A DNA stretch of 55,029 nt, the filler included, from Stramenopiles sp. TOSAG23-2 (Eukaryota): the NCBI GenBank assembly GCA_900128395.1. It is 5 parts of 5 records of this genome, joined end to end, with 100 filler letters (N's around TTAATTAATTAA, not from the genome) between each part and the next. Parts side by side here need not be neighbours in the genome. Positions count along the whole stretch, not along the records: positions 33,090 to 44,013 come from LT649978.1; positions 44,114 to 55,029 come from LT649979.1; 3 more parts are not named here. One strand, given 5' to 3'. This document shows, in pieces, positions 33,804 to 45,101 of the stretch (position 1 is the stretch's first letter; every line of letters starts with the position of its first letter). The position numbers were made by a program, and so were the translations under genes. The notes beneath the pieces were generated by a model, which saw only the letters and a list, made by a program, of their open reading frames with translations, was not told the DNA's origin and did not search any database.

Positions 33804-35846
33804 CTACCTGTTGTTTAATAAATATGCAAAACCTACTGTCGCTGTAGCAGTTGCTGCAAATAGTAAATTATTTGAATCTGCAAATCTTCTATTAATGTTC
33901 GACCATATACCATTATCACCCCAATCCCCATCGGCATCATCTATATCATTATTACTACTACTACTACTGCTACTATTATTACCAAAAGGAGTTCTACAAT
34001 TTGGACAAGTAGTTTTACCTTGTCCTTCTTTCCAAAGATTTAAACATTTACTATGAAAAACATGTTGGCATTGTTTAATTTGAGTTACTTCAATTAAACC
34101 ATAATTATTTGTAGTATATAAATTTTCTAAACAAATGCTACATTGTCTTGTAATATCAATAACGCGAGTTCCATAAAATTTATAATACAAAGCATCATGC
34201 TTATTCTTTAAATGAACATATTGCATATGATTACTAAATTTAGGTTTATAAATTTTTGCTTGTTCATCAATTTTTTCTGGTATTTCAAAGATATTACTTC
34301 CATCGTAACTACATTTTATCAATTGGTATACACCTCGAGATGTAGCTTCTTTAATATTTTCAGATACTAAATCTGCTCCAAGTATATCAGCTAACATTGC
34401 TTTCCATAAATTATTATTTTGTAATGCAGTGCCACTACAAAATATTTTCACGCCATTGCCTTCATTACCTTCCCCAAGATATGCTTTTAATCGATCGTAA
34501 ATCTCTTTCAATCTAAATCCAATAGCTTGAAGATGAGCAATTAAGATATCTTCCGGTGTTGTTGTAGTTTTAATACCTGTTATTGTGCCAGTAGCACTAT
34601 CAACCCATCCTGGTGCTCGTTCCCCATTTGGAAATGGTAAAATTGTTAAATTATGATGAAACAAACGTTTTTCATTTCCATTTTGATTTACATATTCTTC
34701 AAGATTCTTAGAATTATTACTATCCAATTTTACTGTCTTTTGAAGCCATTCATAGATAGATCCACCATCTGTTAAAGCACCACCTAATAATGAATATGTA
34801 CGATTGATTTTATAACACCATAATCCAGAAGGTATTTCTATACCTTCGAATTGAATATCATTTACAACAATTCGCATTGCTGCACTAGTACCTATTGTCA
34901 TAGCAACTCTCGTATCATTTGTTGCTTTTGAGCCAATATTTGCTGCTGCACCATCTCCAATGCCAAGAAAAAATCTAGTAGCACCTGTATTATATATTTC
35001 AGGCCACTTGCTACAATAGTTTACATTATTTGATATCTTTAAAACATTGTTATTATTATTTGTTCCATTATTATTATTATGATGATGATGGTTACTAGAT
35101 ATTTCCCAATATGAATCACCAATTTGACTAAAATCATTTGTGCTCATACCAATCAAATTTAATAATCCTTCATGCCATTCCAATGTTGACGACGGTGAAG
35201 AATGTGATGATGCTGTCATTCGATTGAAAAGTCCAGTCCAAGATGCCTCTGAAATACCAACTTTTACGTCACAATTTCCTGTCCATTTAGATAAAATATA
35301 AGATGTTAAAGTTGTCCATCGTTCTACCTTTTGAAATAATTCAGGTTCTTCATTTTGTACACATAATAACTGGGATGCTGCATATGATGCATGTATAGTC
35401 GTTCCAGTTTGTTGATGCAAAATCCATGAATTAATTTCATTTTGTCTGTAATGCGTTTTGATTAATTCTTTTAACCTATTTGTATAGGTTGCTTTCTTTG
35501 GATGATCATTTGCATATGTATATACAGGTGTAATGGCTTGAAGACCTTTTGAATGTGTTAATTCACACCCAACTAAAGACATTGCAAAACAATCAAAACC
35601 CACTGCTTTAATATTAAATTGATTTGCACCATCTTTTTCGCGTAGATATTCAATAGATTGATGTATACACAAATCAACACATTTAACAATTTCATCTGCA
35701 TTAAATGTACCAATTTCCGATTTCGATACAGGCTTTTGCACTATATGTATCGCTTCGTTATTATTATCATCATTATTTTTCTCAATATACATGGCACAAC
35801 GACAACTAGAACTACCAATATCAATGGTAAAAATATATTCCTCCAT
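33804..35846 (-). CDS. FGGY-family carbohydrate kinase (gluconokinase-like) fused to a RING-H2 finger and C-terminal hydrophobic tail
   Basis: TIDIGSSSCR, SEASWTGLFN, GIGDGAAANIGS, TIGTSAAMR, GGALTDGG, LPFPNGERAPGW, EATSRG, then CSIC...CQHVFHSKC...W...CPNCR, then LLFAATATATVGFAYLL. Likely start is MEEYIF at 35846. Confidence 0.9.
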   Translation of the reverse strand: MEEYIFTIDIGSSSCRCAMYIEKNNDDNNNEAIHIVQKPVSKSEIGTFNADEIVKCVDLCIHQSIEYLREKDGANQFNIKAVGFDCFAMSLVGCELTHSKGLQAITPVYTYANDHPKKATYTNRLKELIKTHYRQNEINSWILHQQTGTTIHASYAASQLLCVQNEEPELFQKVERWTTLTSYILSKWTGNCDVKVGISEASWTGLFNRMTASSHSSPSSTLEWHEGLLNLIGMSTNDFSQIGDSYWEISSNHHHHNNNNGTNNNNNVLKISNNVNYCSKWPEIYNTGATRFFLGIGDGAAANIGSKATNDTRVAMTIGTSAAMRIVVNDIQFEGIEIPSGLWCYKINRTYSLLGGALTDGGSIYEWLQKTVKLDSNNSKNLEEYVNQNGNEKRLFHHNLTILPFPNGERAPGWVDSATGTITGIKTTTTPEDILIAHLQAIGFRLKEIYDRLKAYLGEGNEGNGVKIFCSGTALQNNNLWKAMLADILGADLVSENIKEATSRGVYQLIKCSYDGSNIFEIPEKIDEQAKIYKPKFSNHMQYVHLKNKHDALYYKFYGTRVIDITRQCSICLENLYTTNNYGLIEVTQIKQCQHVFHSKCLNLWKEGQGKTTCPNCRTPFGNNSSSSSSSNNDIDDADGDWGDNGIWSNINRRFADSNNLLFAATATATVGFAYLLNNR

Positions 35847-37899
35847 AATATATATATCTATATATAATCCCTCTCTGTACACACGCCTATATATATATCA
35901 ATATATCAATATTATCGTTTTTTTCTCTCCGTTTCTCTGATATATTACAATGATGAATATACGAACACTTCTCTCTCTCTCTCTCTCTCTGTTGTTGTTC
36001 TTACCAACATCCTCCGATCAATATAGAATACACATTTGTTTCTTGTTTTTTCAAGTTGAAAGACGCCGCGCGGCCGGGAGGAAGAAGGAAGAACACTATT
36101 TAAGGTACGATACGGAAAGTTATAGACTACCACCGGTGGTACTAACAAAATAACTTACCTATATCTAGACTTTTTTCTTTTTTTATATTAAGGTAAAAAT
36201 CAACAATAAACTCAGGTATAATAAAACACTGTGCATGGTGTGATGAACTTTATTTTAGTGCGTACCAACGAAGTACGAAAAATGACAGAAAAGGAAAAAT
36301 ATCATGGTACGCGTCCAGAAATATCACAGGGAGCTGACTATTATTATATTTTATACCAACACGAAGAAGATATAATGCTATTACTACGGATGACAGCAAA
36401 AAAACGATTGGATGTGACTAGATTTATAGATATATGGAGTTAATTTTTTGGTTTTATTAAATTACGACTGTTCGTATTTTTTTGAAAATTTAAATTTATC
36501 GGAGAGACCTTTTTTTTTTCGATCCTCGTACGAACATTTCGTAACATATCGCGTTTGTTTGTTGTTGTTGTTGTTGTTGTTGTTAATATATATATATATT
36601 CCCCTCTTGTTTCTTATTAATTATATTATCTATAATATGGCCAATTGTACAATATATTTTAACCTCTTCGTCTTCCTCTCCCTTACTTGTTTCTTATACA
36701 GTACGCAGTGTATTTCACTCTCTAAACACATGTATCCGTATCCTCGTGTATATATAATTCAATTAATTTTGAAATAAAAATAATATAAAAAGAAGTGCAA
36801 AAACGACGTGATGCAAACGTTCAAATTCTAGACCAAATTCTCTCATCAAAAAATAATCATCCGTGCATCCGAAAAATGTGAACAGGTAGAAAGGATATTT
36901 GGCATGAAAATAGCTACCACACATCATTGAGGAAAAAGACGGGCATCTCAGCTCATGCAATTTCTTCCTGAAAATTGATAAAATATTTCCGCAAAACTGA
37001 TTTGATTTTTAACCTCATTTCACACTTTCCAATCAAAATTTATAGTCTATCAAGTATGCTATTTTAAAATAGCAGTGAATAGCACTGTTTTTAAACGTCT
37101 TTTGACACATCACACGCATTTAACAACTTTTCCTTGGTCTTTTCGTCTTTTCCCCAGTTGATAGAGGACTATTAGTGTACAAATATATATACTTATATAC
37201 TGTAATACATTGTTGACAAGTAATGACCAATGGATGAGGACCAGTTGTATTAAAAGAAAAATATAAGATTTTTACTAGAGTACGAGAGAATATATATATA
37301 TATATATATATATTTCAAAAATTTATAAACTCCCTCTGTTAAAATTTAAAAAAAAAAACTAAATTTTTTGCTCAATTTTTTGAAGAAAGTATTTTCTTGT
37401 GAAAGTATTTTCTTGTGGTGTTTTGTCCCCTGTGAATTTTTCCTTGTTGCTAGGTTTTTGAACAGTGAAAAAATCATATCTTCACATACTGTATAGTGTT
37501 ATTTATTTAGCATTGACACAGCAACCACTAAAAGTATGACCGGATTTCATGAATTTTTCCTTGCCAAAGGCATGTGCACATGTAATAAATTTTTAATGTG
37601 CACAATTTTATCTAATTTATTATTTTATTTAAATAACACATGCTGTGCCCTACTATGGCTATTTGTGTGGATACCTTATAAATTGTTCTAGAATTGTGGT
37701 AAGAGTAAAGCACTAAATATAATATGGATACAATTTTTTTTACTTTTAAAACTTCAATTTCATCATTTTTTACAGATGTTTATGTTTGCAACCAACACCG
37801 GACAGTGAGAGAGAGACACACACAAGAAAAAAAAAATATACTAAATCGGGTTTGCAGCATATTAGGATAGAAATAGCATCAAAATATATAATTTTGACT

Positions 37900-37977
37900 A
37901 AATATTAAATCGGGTTTTAATAATTTCAATAATCTACCTGGTATGTATAAAAATGATTAAAACCCGATTTAATATTT
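37900..37977. repeat. Short inverted repeat, 22-bp arms
   Basis: AAATATTAAATCGGGTTTTAAT ... ATTAAAACCCGATTTAATATTT, with a third TAAATCGGGTTT at about 37842. Confidence 0.8.
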
Positions 37978-38229
37978 GTTGGTAATGTTGTTATTGTTGG
38001 TAGCAGTAACTATTATCATAATATATGTGTGAAAATTTTAAAATACGGAAGCTGCAGTATATATTTTTTAATTGCTAAAAAAGATAATATTGTATACTTC
38101 GGTATAAAATATAAGTGTACGCGGTAGAATTTTAAAATTTTTTATTTCTAATACCCATAACAATTCCTACAGTACTCTTCCTTGGGAATACAGAGTGCTT
38201 GAGCCACAATATTATTCATATCTTTTATT

Positions 38230-39462
38230 TCCGAATTATTTCATAAAAAATGTTAATATCTATTAATCACGTCGTGGCTTATTCAGTCTAGAGCACCAAT
38301 CTACTTTGGGTACTTGCTAGACACTTTTTATTGCCTATGTATTGTTTGTCTTACACGTCGTGGCTTATTCAGTCTAGAGCACCAATCTACTTTGGGTACT
38401 TGCTAGACAAAATACAATACAAAATAAGTACAAAATACAGGGTGGTGTTTACCTATATAACGTAGTCTAAGAGTACTGTGATTAGTCAGGTGGATATTAT
38501 CCTTAAATATAAAGTAGTAGTGTATAAGTACGATAATAACTGTATTTTCCCCTATCACGTAAATAACACTACACACTATTAATTTACCCTTCCAAAAAGA
38601 GGGAAGAAAGGAAGGATAAACGCGTCTTTTTAGCGCCTTTAATGCGGTATAACTTATTATATACTTACATTTAAGGTGCCTCATTCATGTTTTCTCATAT
38701 TTATATTTAACGCTATCACGGCCTAAACGTGTAATGCTATTCACCTGTAAGACCGTTCCAACGGTCGATTTCTGCAAAAACAGCATTATCAAATAGATAT
38801 TTTAATGTCCTATCATTACACTACGAATAAGTATAATAAATAGTATGTGCGTTGGAAAGATCGTAAAAATAAACATATCAAATACATTGCGACATACGAC
38901 ATTTGAAGCAGGTGATGTTTTTTGTATATAAATAAATGAATATTGATATTCAAATTTGAAAAATATTTTCTCACTATTTTTTTTTTGATGTGAGTAAGTC
39001 ATATACGTCTATTTTTTGTACTTATTTTTATGACACTACGGGCAAACACACCTATATGATTCAAGTATACACAAATCAGAGCTCCCCTAGAATACTGTTT
39101 TATGTACTTAATGATAGGTACTGAGAATGTGACTTCTCTTATACTAAGACAAACAATACATAGGCAATAAAAAGTGTCTAGCAACCATGCAAAATAGATT
39201 GGTGCTCTGGTTTTCACAAAACCACTAAATTATATAGGTAAATATTGTCATTAGTATATGTAACTCATACTCCATTGCAGTAAGCCACGACGTGAATTAT
39301 TATTTGGATAAATTTCGGAACATAATGGAAATAGTACTTCTCTTTCAATTCAATATTGTCATTAGTATATGTAACTCATACTCCATTGCAGTAAGCCACG
39401 ACGTGAATTATTATTTGGATAAATTTCGGAACATAATGGAAATAGTACTTCTCTTTCAATTC
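38230..39462. mobile_element. Putative non-autonomous DNA transposon remnant with inverted ends and internal duplications
   Basis: 38314-38353 is the exact reverse complement of 39145-39184. TCACGTCGTGGCTTA (38267) is inverted at 39281 and 39392. Direct repeats of 56 bp (38268/38354) and 111 bp (39241/39352). No transposase ORF. Confidence 0.5.
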
Positions 39463-39585
39463 ATCAAATGAATGTATTAATACATTTTAATTTGTAGATA
39501 CAACAACAAGGTATAGATATATCCACATATTCACTCCCCTTACCATAAATCTATCCCAACATCCATCCACACCATCGAACAAACC

Positions 39586-41310
39586 ATGTCGGAACAACAA
39601 CAACAGAAAAAAGAAAGAATTGTATATGGTTCGTTAGAAAGTGTATTAGGAAAACGTCGTACAGATAATATTGATGCCAATGCAAATGATAATAATAATA
39701 AAACTCAAAAATTAAGCAATATATTACAAGATGGGATCTCAAAAGCAAAAGCTAGTGGGCATGTGAATATAGGACAACGTGTAGAAAGGGAAACATTAGA
39801 ATTAGATGACAAAACAATACAGCAGCAACTTGACCATGCAAATGCGTTGAGAAAAATAGAATTGAAGAATGTTGCAAATAATATTGCTGTACCTACAGAT
39901 GATTTAGCGGTCAAGGAAAAATTAAAAGAATTTGGGGAGCCAATTTGTTATTATGGGGAAGATAAAGGTGATCGTAGAGATCGATTAAAAAATTTAATGG
40001 CTGCTCAAATTATGGAAAATGGATCGAATGCAAGAGAAATTCGAAATCGTCTTGCAGATGTTTCTGCAGGCAATGTAAAACATTTAACAAGTTCCCAACA
40101 ACAAAGGAAGAAAGATGAACGCAAGGTAGATAAGACTTTTTATTATCCTGCATCAAAAGAATTGCAATCTGCACGAATTGATATTGGTATATATTCCTTT
40201 CAACGTGCAGATAAACGATTGTTAGAATATAAAAGTAAAATGGCAAATGTTGAACAAGTCGAAAAATATGCAGAGGAAACATATGATTCAATTAAACGTT
40301 TACATCCTGCTGCTAGTCAAATTGGTGGTACTCGACCAGTATCCTCATGTAGTTTAACATCTGATAATTTATCAATGGTAACAGGTTCATGGGATGGATT
40401 ATGTAAGATATGGAATCTTGAAACATTGGAGTTAGAATGTACAATGAGGGGACATAAAGAACGAGTTATTGATGTTGCTTCATATCCAACTGGAACAAGT
40501 AGTCTTAAAAATAATGGTAGTAAAATATCATTCGCTTCTTCATCAGTTGATGGCACAGCAATTTTATGGCCAAAATATGATAATACTATTGAAAACATAA
40601 AAGCTGATGGTAATGATACAGGTATGGATATAGATACCACAGATAATACCCTGCCAGCATTAACTTTTGTAAAGCCATTAGCAGTTTTAAAAGGCCATGC
40701 TGATAGATTAGGTCGTATAGCATTTCATCCAAGTGGAAAATATTTAGGGACTACATCATTCGATCGTACATGGCGTTTATGGGATGTAGAAACATGTAAA
40801 GAGTTATTATTACAAGAGGGACATGCACGTGAAACATACGGTATTGCTTTTCATCCAGATGGTTCTTTAGTATGTACAACAAGTCTTGCTAGTCATGGTC
40901 GTTTATGGGATATTAGATCTGGTAAATGTATTATGCCATTGCATGGCCATGCAAAACCAGTCTTATCAGTTGATTTTTCCCCAAATGGTTTTTACGTTGC
41001 AACTGGTAGTATGGATAATACAATACGCATGTGGGATTTAAGAAAAATGAGGTCTATTTATATGATACCCGCACATAATCATTTAATATCATCCGTGCGA
41101 TTTTCACCTGTTTGTGGTGAATTTTTAGTTAGTTCAGGATATGATAATTTAATTAAAGTATGGTCTACTCGTAATTTTCAATTAATTAAATCATTAATTG
41201 GTCATGAAAAGCATGTCATGAAAATTGATATTTCAAATGATGAAAAAAGTATTTATAGTGCTGGTTTTGATAGAACATGGAAGAAGTGGGTACCGGAGGA
41301 AGTTTTTTAG
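39586..41310 (+). CDS. PRPF4: U4/U6 snRNP protein Prp4
   Basis: SFM/PRP4 motif AVPTDD..VKEKL..FGEPI..YGED..DRRDRLK, then SQIGGTRPVS and WD40 repeats (FHPSGKYLGTTSFDRTWRLWD, ELLLQEGH). Confidence 0.96.
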   Translation: MSEQQQQKKERIVYGSLESVLGKRRTDNIDANANDNNNKTQKLSNILQDGISKAKASGHVNIGQRVERETLELDDKTIQQQLDHANALRKIELKNVANNIAVPTDDLAVKEKLKEFGEPICYYGEDKGDRRDRLKNLMAAQIMENGSNAREIRNRLADVSAGNVKHLTSSQQQRKKDERKVDKTFYYPASKELQSARIDIGIYSFQRADKRLLEYKSKMANVEQVEKYAEETYDSIKRLHPAASQIGGTRPVSSCSLTSDNLSMVTGSWDGLCKIWNLETLELECTMRGHKERVIDVASYPTGTSSLKNNGSKISFASSSVDGTAILWPKYDNTIENIKADGNDTGMDIDTTDNTLPALTFVKPLAVLKGHADRLGRIAFHPSGKYLGTTSFDRTWRLWDVETCKELLLQEGHARETYGIAFHPDGSLVCTTSLASHGRLWDIRSGKCIMPLHGHAKPVLSVDFSPNGFYVATGSMDNTIRMWDLRKMRSIYMIPAHNHLISSVRFSPVCGEFLVSSGYDNLIKVWSTRNFQLIKSLIGHEKHVMKIDISNDEKSIYSAGFDRTWKKWVPEEVF

Positions 41311-41454
41311 AAAAAAAATTTGGGACACGACGTACGTCGGCGTAAAAATTTAAAAAAAATAAATAAAATTGTCCCAAAATCTCCTATACACACACTCTTG
41401 TCAATATTATTTTTTACAATCTCTCTCTGGTACACAGAACCACAATTTACACCA

Positions 41455-42621
41455 TCACTTCTTCTTCTTCTTTTTACCACCACCCTTTTTTTTACCACCT
41501 TTCTTTTTCTTTTTCTTCTTCTTGGTAGGATCTATCTCTTTGTTTCTTAAATATAATTCCTTTATACGAGCTTGTAATACTGCTTTTGATTCTTTCTTTT
41601 CAACAATTTTCTTTTTCGATTTAAAATGAATGATATTTACATGTCGTCTTCTTCTTGCAAGTTCACTTTGTATACTTAATACATATTTATCTTTAATAAA
41701 TTTACAATAACTAACATTGATTTCAGCAATGAATTTACAATATTGGAAAATATCATCTATCGTATCACGTTTAACAAATGAGTTTGCCATATTAATTTTT
41801 CTCAACTTTTCCATCTTTCGTATGTCCATAAAATTAACATTTTTATTCATACCATTTGCAACAAGTTCTTCTAACGATTTATAACTATTATCAATCAAAT
41901 GTAATATTGCTGCATTCGTAAATCCAGTGCAGCCACCGATATCTAATACTTTGATTTGTCTCATACCAAGACTTATAGCATGTATTGCACCAAAACCTGC
42001 TAAATCTACCGATGCTTTTAAACCTCTTAGACTCAACGATTTTAGTTTAGGAGCAAAGCCAGGCAATCTACAAATTGTTGCCTTTTCGATAAATTGTAAA
42101 TCAGCTAAATTTAAAATGGCACAATTTGGTTCTCGTCTTAAAAAAAATTGCAATGCCTCATCGGTTTTAAAGGAAGCTGGTAAACCACTTCCATGTGCAG
42201 ATTGTAAACGTACTAAATTCTTTTCTGATTGTTCTGGCCGCAAAAATAATGCTGATCTCCCATTGCTATTTCCACTTGGATCAAATCCAAATGGTCTTGG
42301 AAACATTCTTGATGGATGATTTCCAAAACGATGTTCCAAGACGGAAGTGGATGTTGAACGTTGTACAGCTCTTTTTCTTTCCTCTGAATATTTATGTATC
42401 AATCTACCAGGTAATATTCTATTTGTTTGGTGTTGAAATGATGTAAAATTATCTTTACCAAAACGATCTTCACTTTTCGATCGTATTAATGAAAAACCTT
42501 TGATTGGTTTTGGAATTTCACTGATGGAAGAATGTCGTACTAAATACGATGCACGTGGTGATATCAATGCTTCATCTCGATCCCCTTGTCGATATTTATC
42601 AATGGTACTATATGATATCAT
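41455..42621 (-). CDS. Cysteine-containing leucine-rich repeat protein with Lys-rich tail
   Basis: LKSLSLRG, IKVLDIGGCTGFTNAAI, LRKINMANSFV, IAEINVSYCKFIKD (RNI-like/FBXL-type LRRs). No F-box recognised. Confidence 0.7.
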   Translation of the reverse strand: MISYSTIDKYRQGDRDEALISPRASYLVRHSSISEIPKPIKGFSLIRSKSEDRFGKDNFTSFQHQTNRILPGRLIHKYSEERKRAVQRSTSTSVLEHRFGNHPSRMFPRPFGFDPSGNSNGRSALFLRPEQSEKNLVRLQSAHGSGLPASFKTDEALQFFLRREPNCAILNLADLQFIEKATICRLPGFAPKLKSLSLRGLKASVDLAGFGAIHAISLGMRQIKVLDIGGCTGFTNAAILHLIDNSYKSLEELVANGMNKNVNFMDIRKMEKLRKINMANSFVKRDTIDDIFQYCKFIAEINVSYCKFIKDKYVLSIQSELARRRRHVNIIHFKSKKKIVEKKESKAVLQARIKELYLRNKEIDPTKKKKKKKKGGKKKGGGKKKKKK

Positions 42622-43297
42622 ATTGTTTGGCCAATAATACTAATATTAAAATATATATTATATATGATACCTCAAAAAATGTAAGTTCGTTATTAATATT
42701 TTATTATATTATATTCTATCACGTTCCTACTACAATATATATTTACATACACACGTATCCAATTTCTTATAACATCAGAAATAATCTACTATACTTCTTC
42801 TTCTTCTCATTTTCCCTTTGCAAAGCTCTCTCAATCTATATATCTATAGGATATATATCTCCTAAAATGATTGTGATGTGTCCAAAAAATGGAAAAGGCT
42901 TAACCGTCTTTTCCACTGCTGTTTCCATTTGTACTTATTAGTATACATATTGTATTACTATATATACAAAAAGAAACGCGCGGATTTACGGATTATTTCT
43001 ATGACTGCTGCTGTGTGCTGTGTGTCTTTTTTGGGCAACAAACTAAAAGACTGGAAAGATGATATAAGCTTAATACAGTAATAGTACGCTATAGCTCTAG
43101 TATTATTATGATGTGTATAATAGCTCTAGCCATGGCTTGCTGGCTTGCCAGCTTGCCAGGCTTGCTGGCTTGGCTATTTATTAGAGCTATTCCCTGCCCT
43201 GAAGTGTGTGGGTGTCAATAATGTGTCTCGTGTTGGTATATGTTGTTTTTAATATTATAAGGATTATTTATGTGTAATATTGTAGTATAATATCTTA

Positions 43298-44013
43298 TAG
43301 TGTTTATAGTGAAATAGTTTCTATTAATGTACTTAAATTATCCTTCGCAGCGAAGGTTTACACTTCAAAGGGTGTCAAATGATTATAGCGAAGTGGTCCC
43401 TATTGCTTAGAGTATGGTTTAGTACAACGTCAAATGTCACAATGTTAGACCGTACACACCAGGGGTTATTCTTCGTTTTTTAGGCCGTACACACCAGGGG
43501 CTAAATGTCCGTTTTTAGGCCGTACACACCAGGGGTTATTTGTCGTTTTTTAGGCCGTACACACCAGGGGTTATTCTTCGTTTTTTAGGCCGTACACACC
43601 AGGGGTTATTTGTCCGCTTTTGTCCATAGACACAGCAATAGTGTTTATAGTGAAATAGTTTCTATTAATGTACTTAAATTATCCTTCGCAGCGAAGGTTT
43701 ACACTTCAAAGGGTGTCAAATGATTATAGCGAAGTGGTCCCTATTGCTTAGAGTATGGTTTAGTACAACGTCAAATGTCACAATGTTAGAACGTACACAC
43801 CAGGGGTTATTTGTCCGCTTTTGTCCATAGACACAGCAGGGGCTTTTTGTCGTTTTTTAGGCCGTACACACCAGGGGTTATTTGTCGTTTTTTAGGCCGT
43901 ACACACCAGGGGTTATTTGTCGTTTTTTAGGCCGTACACACCAGGGGTTTTTTGTCCGTTTTTAGGCCGTACACACCAGGGGTTATTCTTCGTTTTTTTA
44001 GGCCGTACACACC
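43298..44013. repeat. Composite tandem repeat: 341-bp period containing a ~150-bp unique block plus an array of 35-bp units
   Basis: The block TAGTGTTTATAGTG...CACAATGTTAGA occurs at 43298 and 43639. Unit GGCCGTACACACCAGGGGTTATT(C/T)(T/G)TCGTTTTTTA repeats to the contig end. Confidence 0.95.
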
Positions 44014-44113
44014 NNNNNNNNNNNNNNNNNNNNNNNNNNNNNNNNNNNNNNNNNNNNTTAATTAATTAANNNNNNNNNNNNNNNNNNNNNNNNNNNNNNN
44101 NNNNNNNNNNNNN
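44014..44113. other. Artificial contig linker
   Basis: N44-TTAATTAATTAA-N44. Confidence 0.99.
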
Positions 44114-44532
44114 CAAATAGCTTGCTACGCAGTGTTCCCGAGAAAAGTAGCCTGAACTTAACGTTATACATGGGAATAGCATTAGCCCATAGTGTGTGCC
44201 TGCTAATACCCCCAATTTCTTAACTCCTAAAACATGAAAGCCGTACACTTTGTTGATAGCTCTCCACCGTACTTAAACATCCCAACACGGTGGAGAACTC
44301 CCAGGCGAATAGCACTAATTCCAACAACTTTCAACAGACGTTCAAAAAGTCCGCAGCAGGTGTAAAATACGGATATTTGTAGATATAAGATGCCTTTCTG
44401 GGTTATGGCACTAATATAAAACGTTAATTATTATGGAATAAAAATAGTAATATATTATATGGATAAAAATAATTTATGGTGTTTTTACATCTTCTAATTT
44501 GCATAATGCTATTGCCATGTAAAAAAACTTGA

Positions 44533-45101
44533 AAACAAGCAAAAAGGATATCCCGTCGTCGAGGTGATGTCTACCTGCTAATAGTGCAAAAATGAAAAGC
44601 ATGTGTTTAGCATTAGGCGAGCAAATTGCCATAGAACAAAACAAGCAAAAAGGATACCCGTCGTCGAGGTGATGTCTACCTGCTAATCAAAAATGCAAAA
44701 ATGAAAAGCATGTGTTTAGCATTAGACGCGCGATTTGCACACATTACTCCGGGTACCTGAGCATATAAACTTAAGCATTGCAAGCGAAGCGTATATATAA
44801 ACACACATATGAAATCGTCAAAAAAATTAAGCTCCTATATTCATTTCCTCCCAAAACTTTTAGATAATTTATGGTTCACTTGTTTCTTATAGAGAATTGT
44901 CAAATTAAGTGAACCACAATTTTGGAGCAAAATATTTTAGCGCCTATATTCGTTTACTCCCAACTTTTTTTTATTATATAGAGGTCATGAACTGCAGCAA
45001 CCGTTGGAGCAAAATTCGACGGCGCCTATAATCATTTCCTCCCAAACTTTTAGACAAAGTTCACTTATTTCTTAAAGAGAATTGTCAAATTAAGTGAACC
45101 A
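44533..45101. repeat. Cluster of diverged direct repeats
   Basis: ~85-bp repeat containing CCCGTCGTCGAGGTGATGTCTACCTGCTAAT at 44533 and about 44639. CCTATA.TC.TTT.CTCCCAA x3 (about 44834, 44944, 45025). AGAGAATTGTCAAATTAAGTGAACCA x2 (about 44890, 45076). Confidence 0.85.

Noticed and set aside
43450-44013. CRISPR-like array (constant 18-bp core with variable intervening sequence)
   Set aside because: The intervening parts are only about 17 nt and nearly identical to each other, there are no cas genes, and the context is eukaryotic. It is a minisatellite.
10937-44113. Recurrent TTAATTAATTAA motif every ~11 kb
   Set aside because: Artificial six-frame-stop linker embedded in Ns between size-sorted contigs. 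The spacing reflects contig length.
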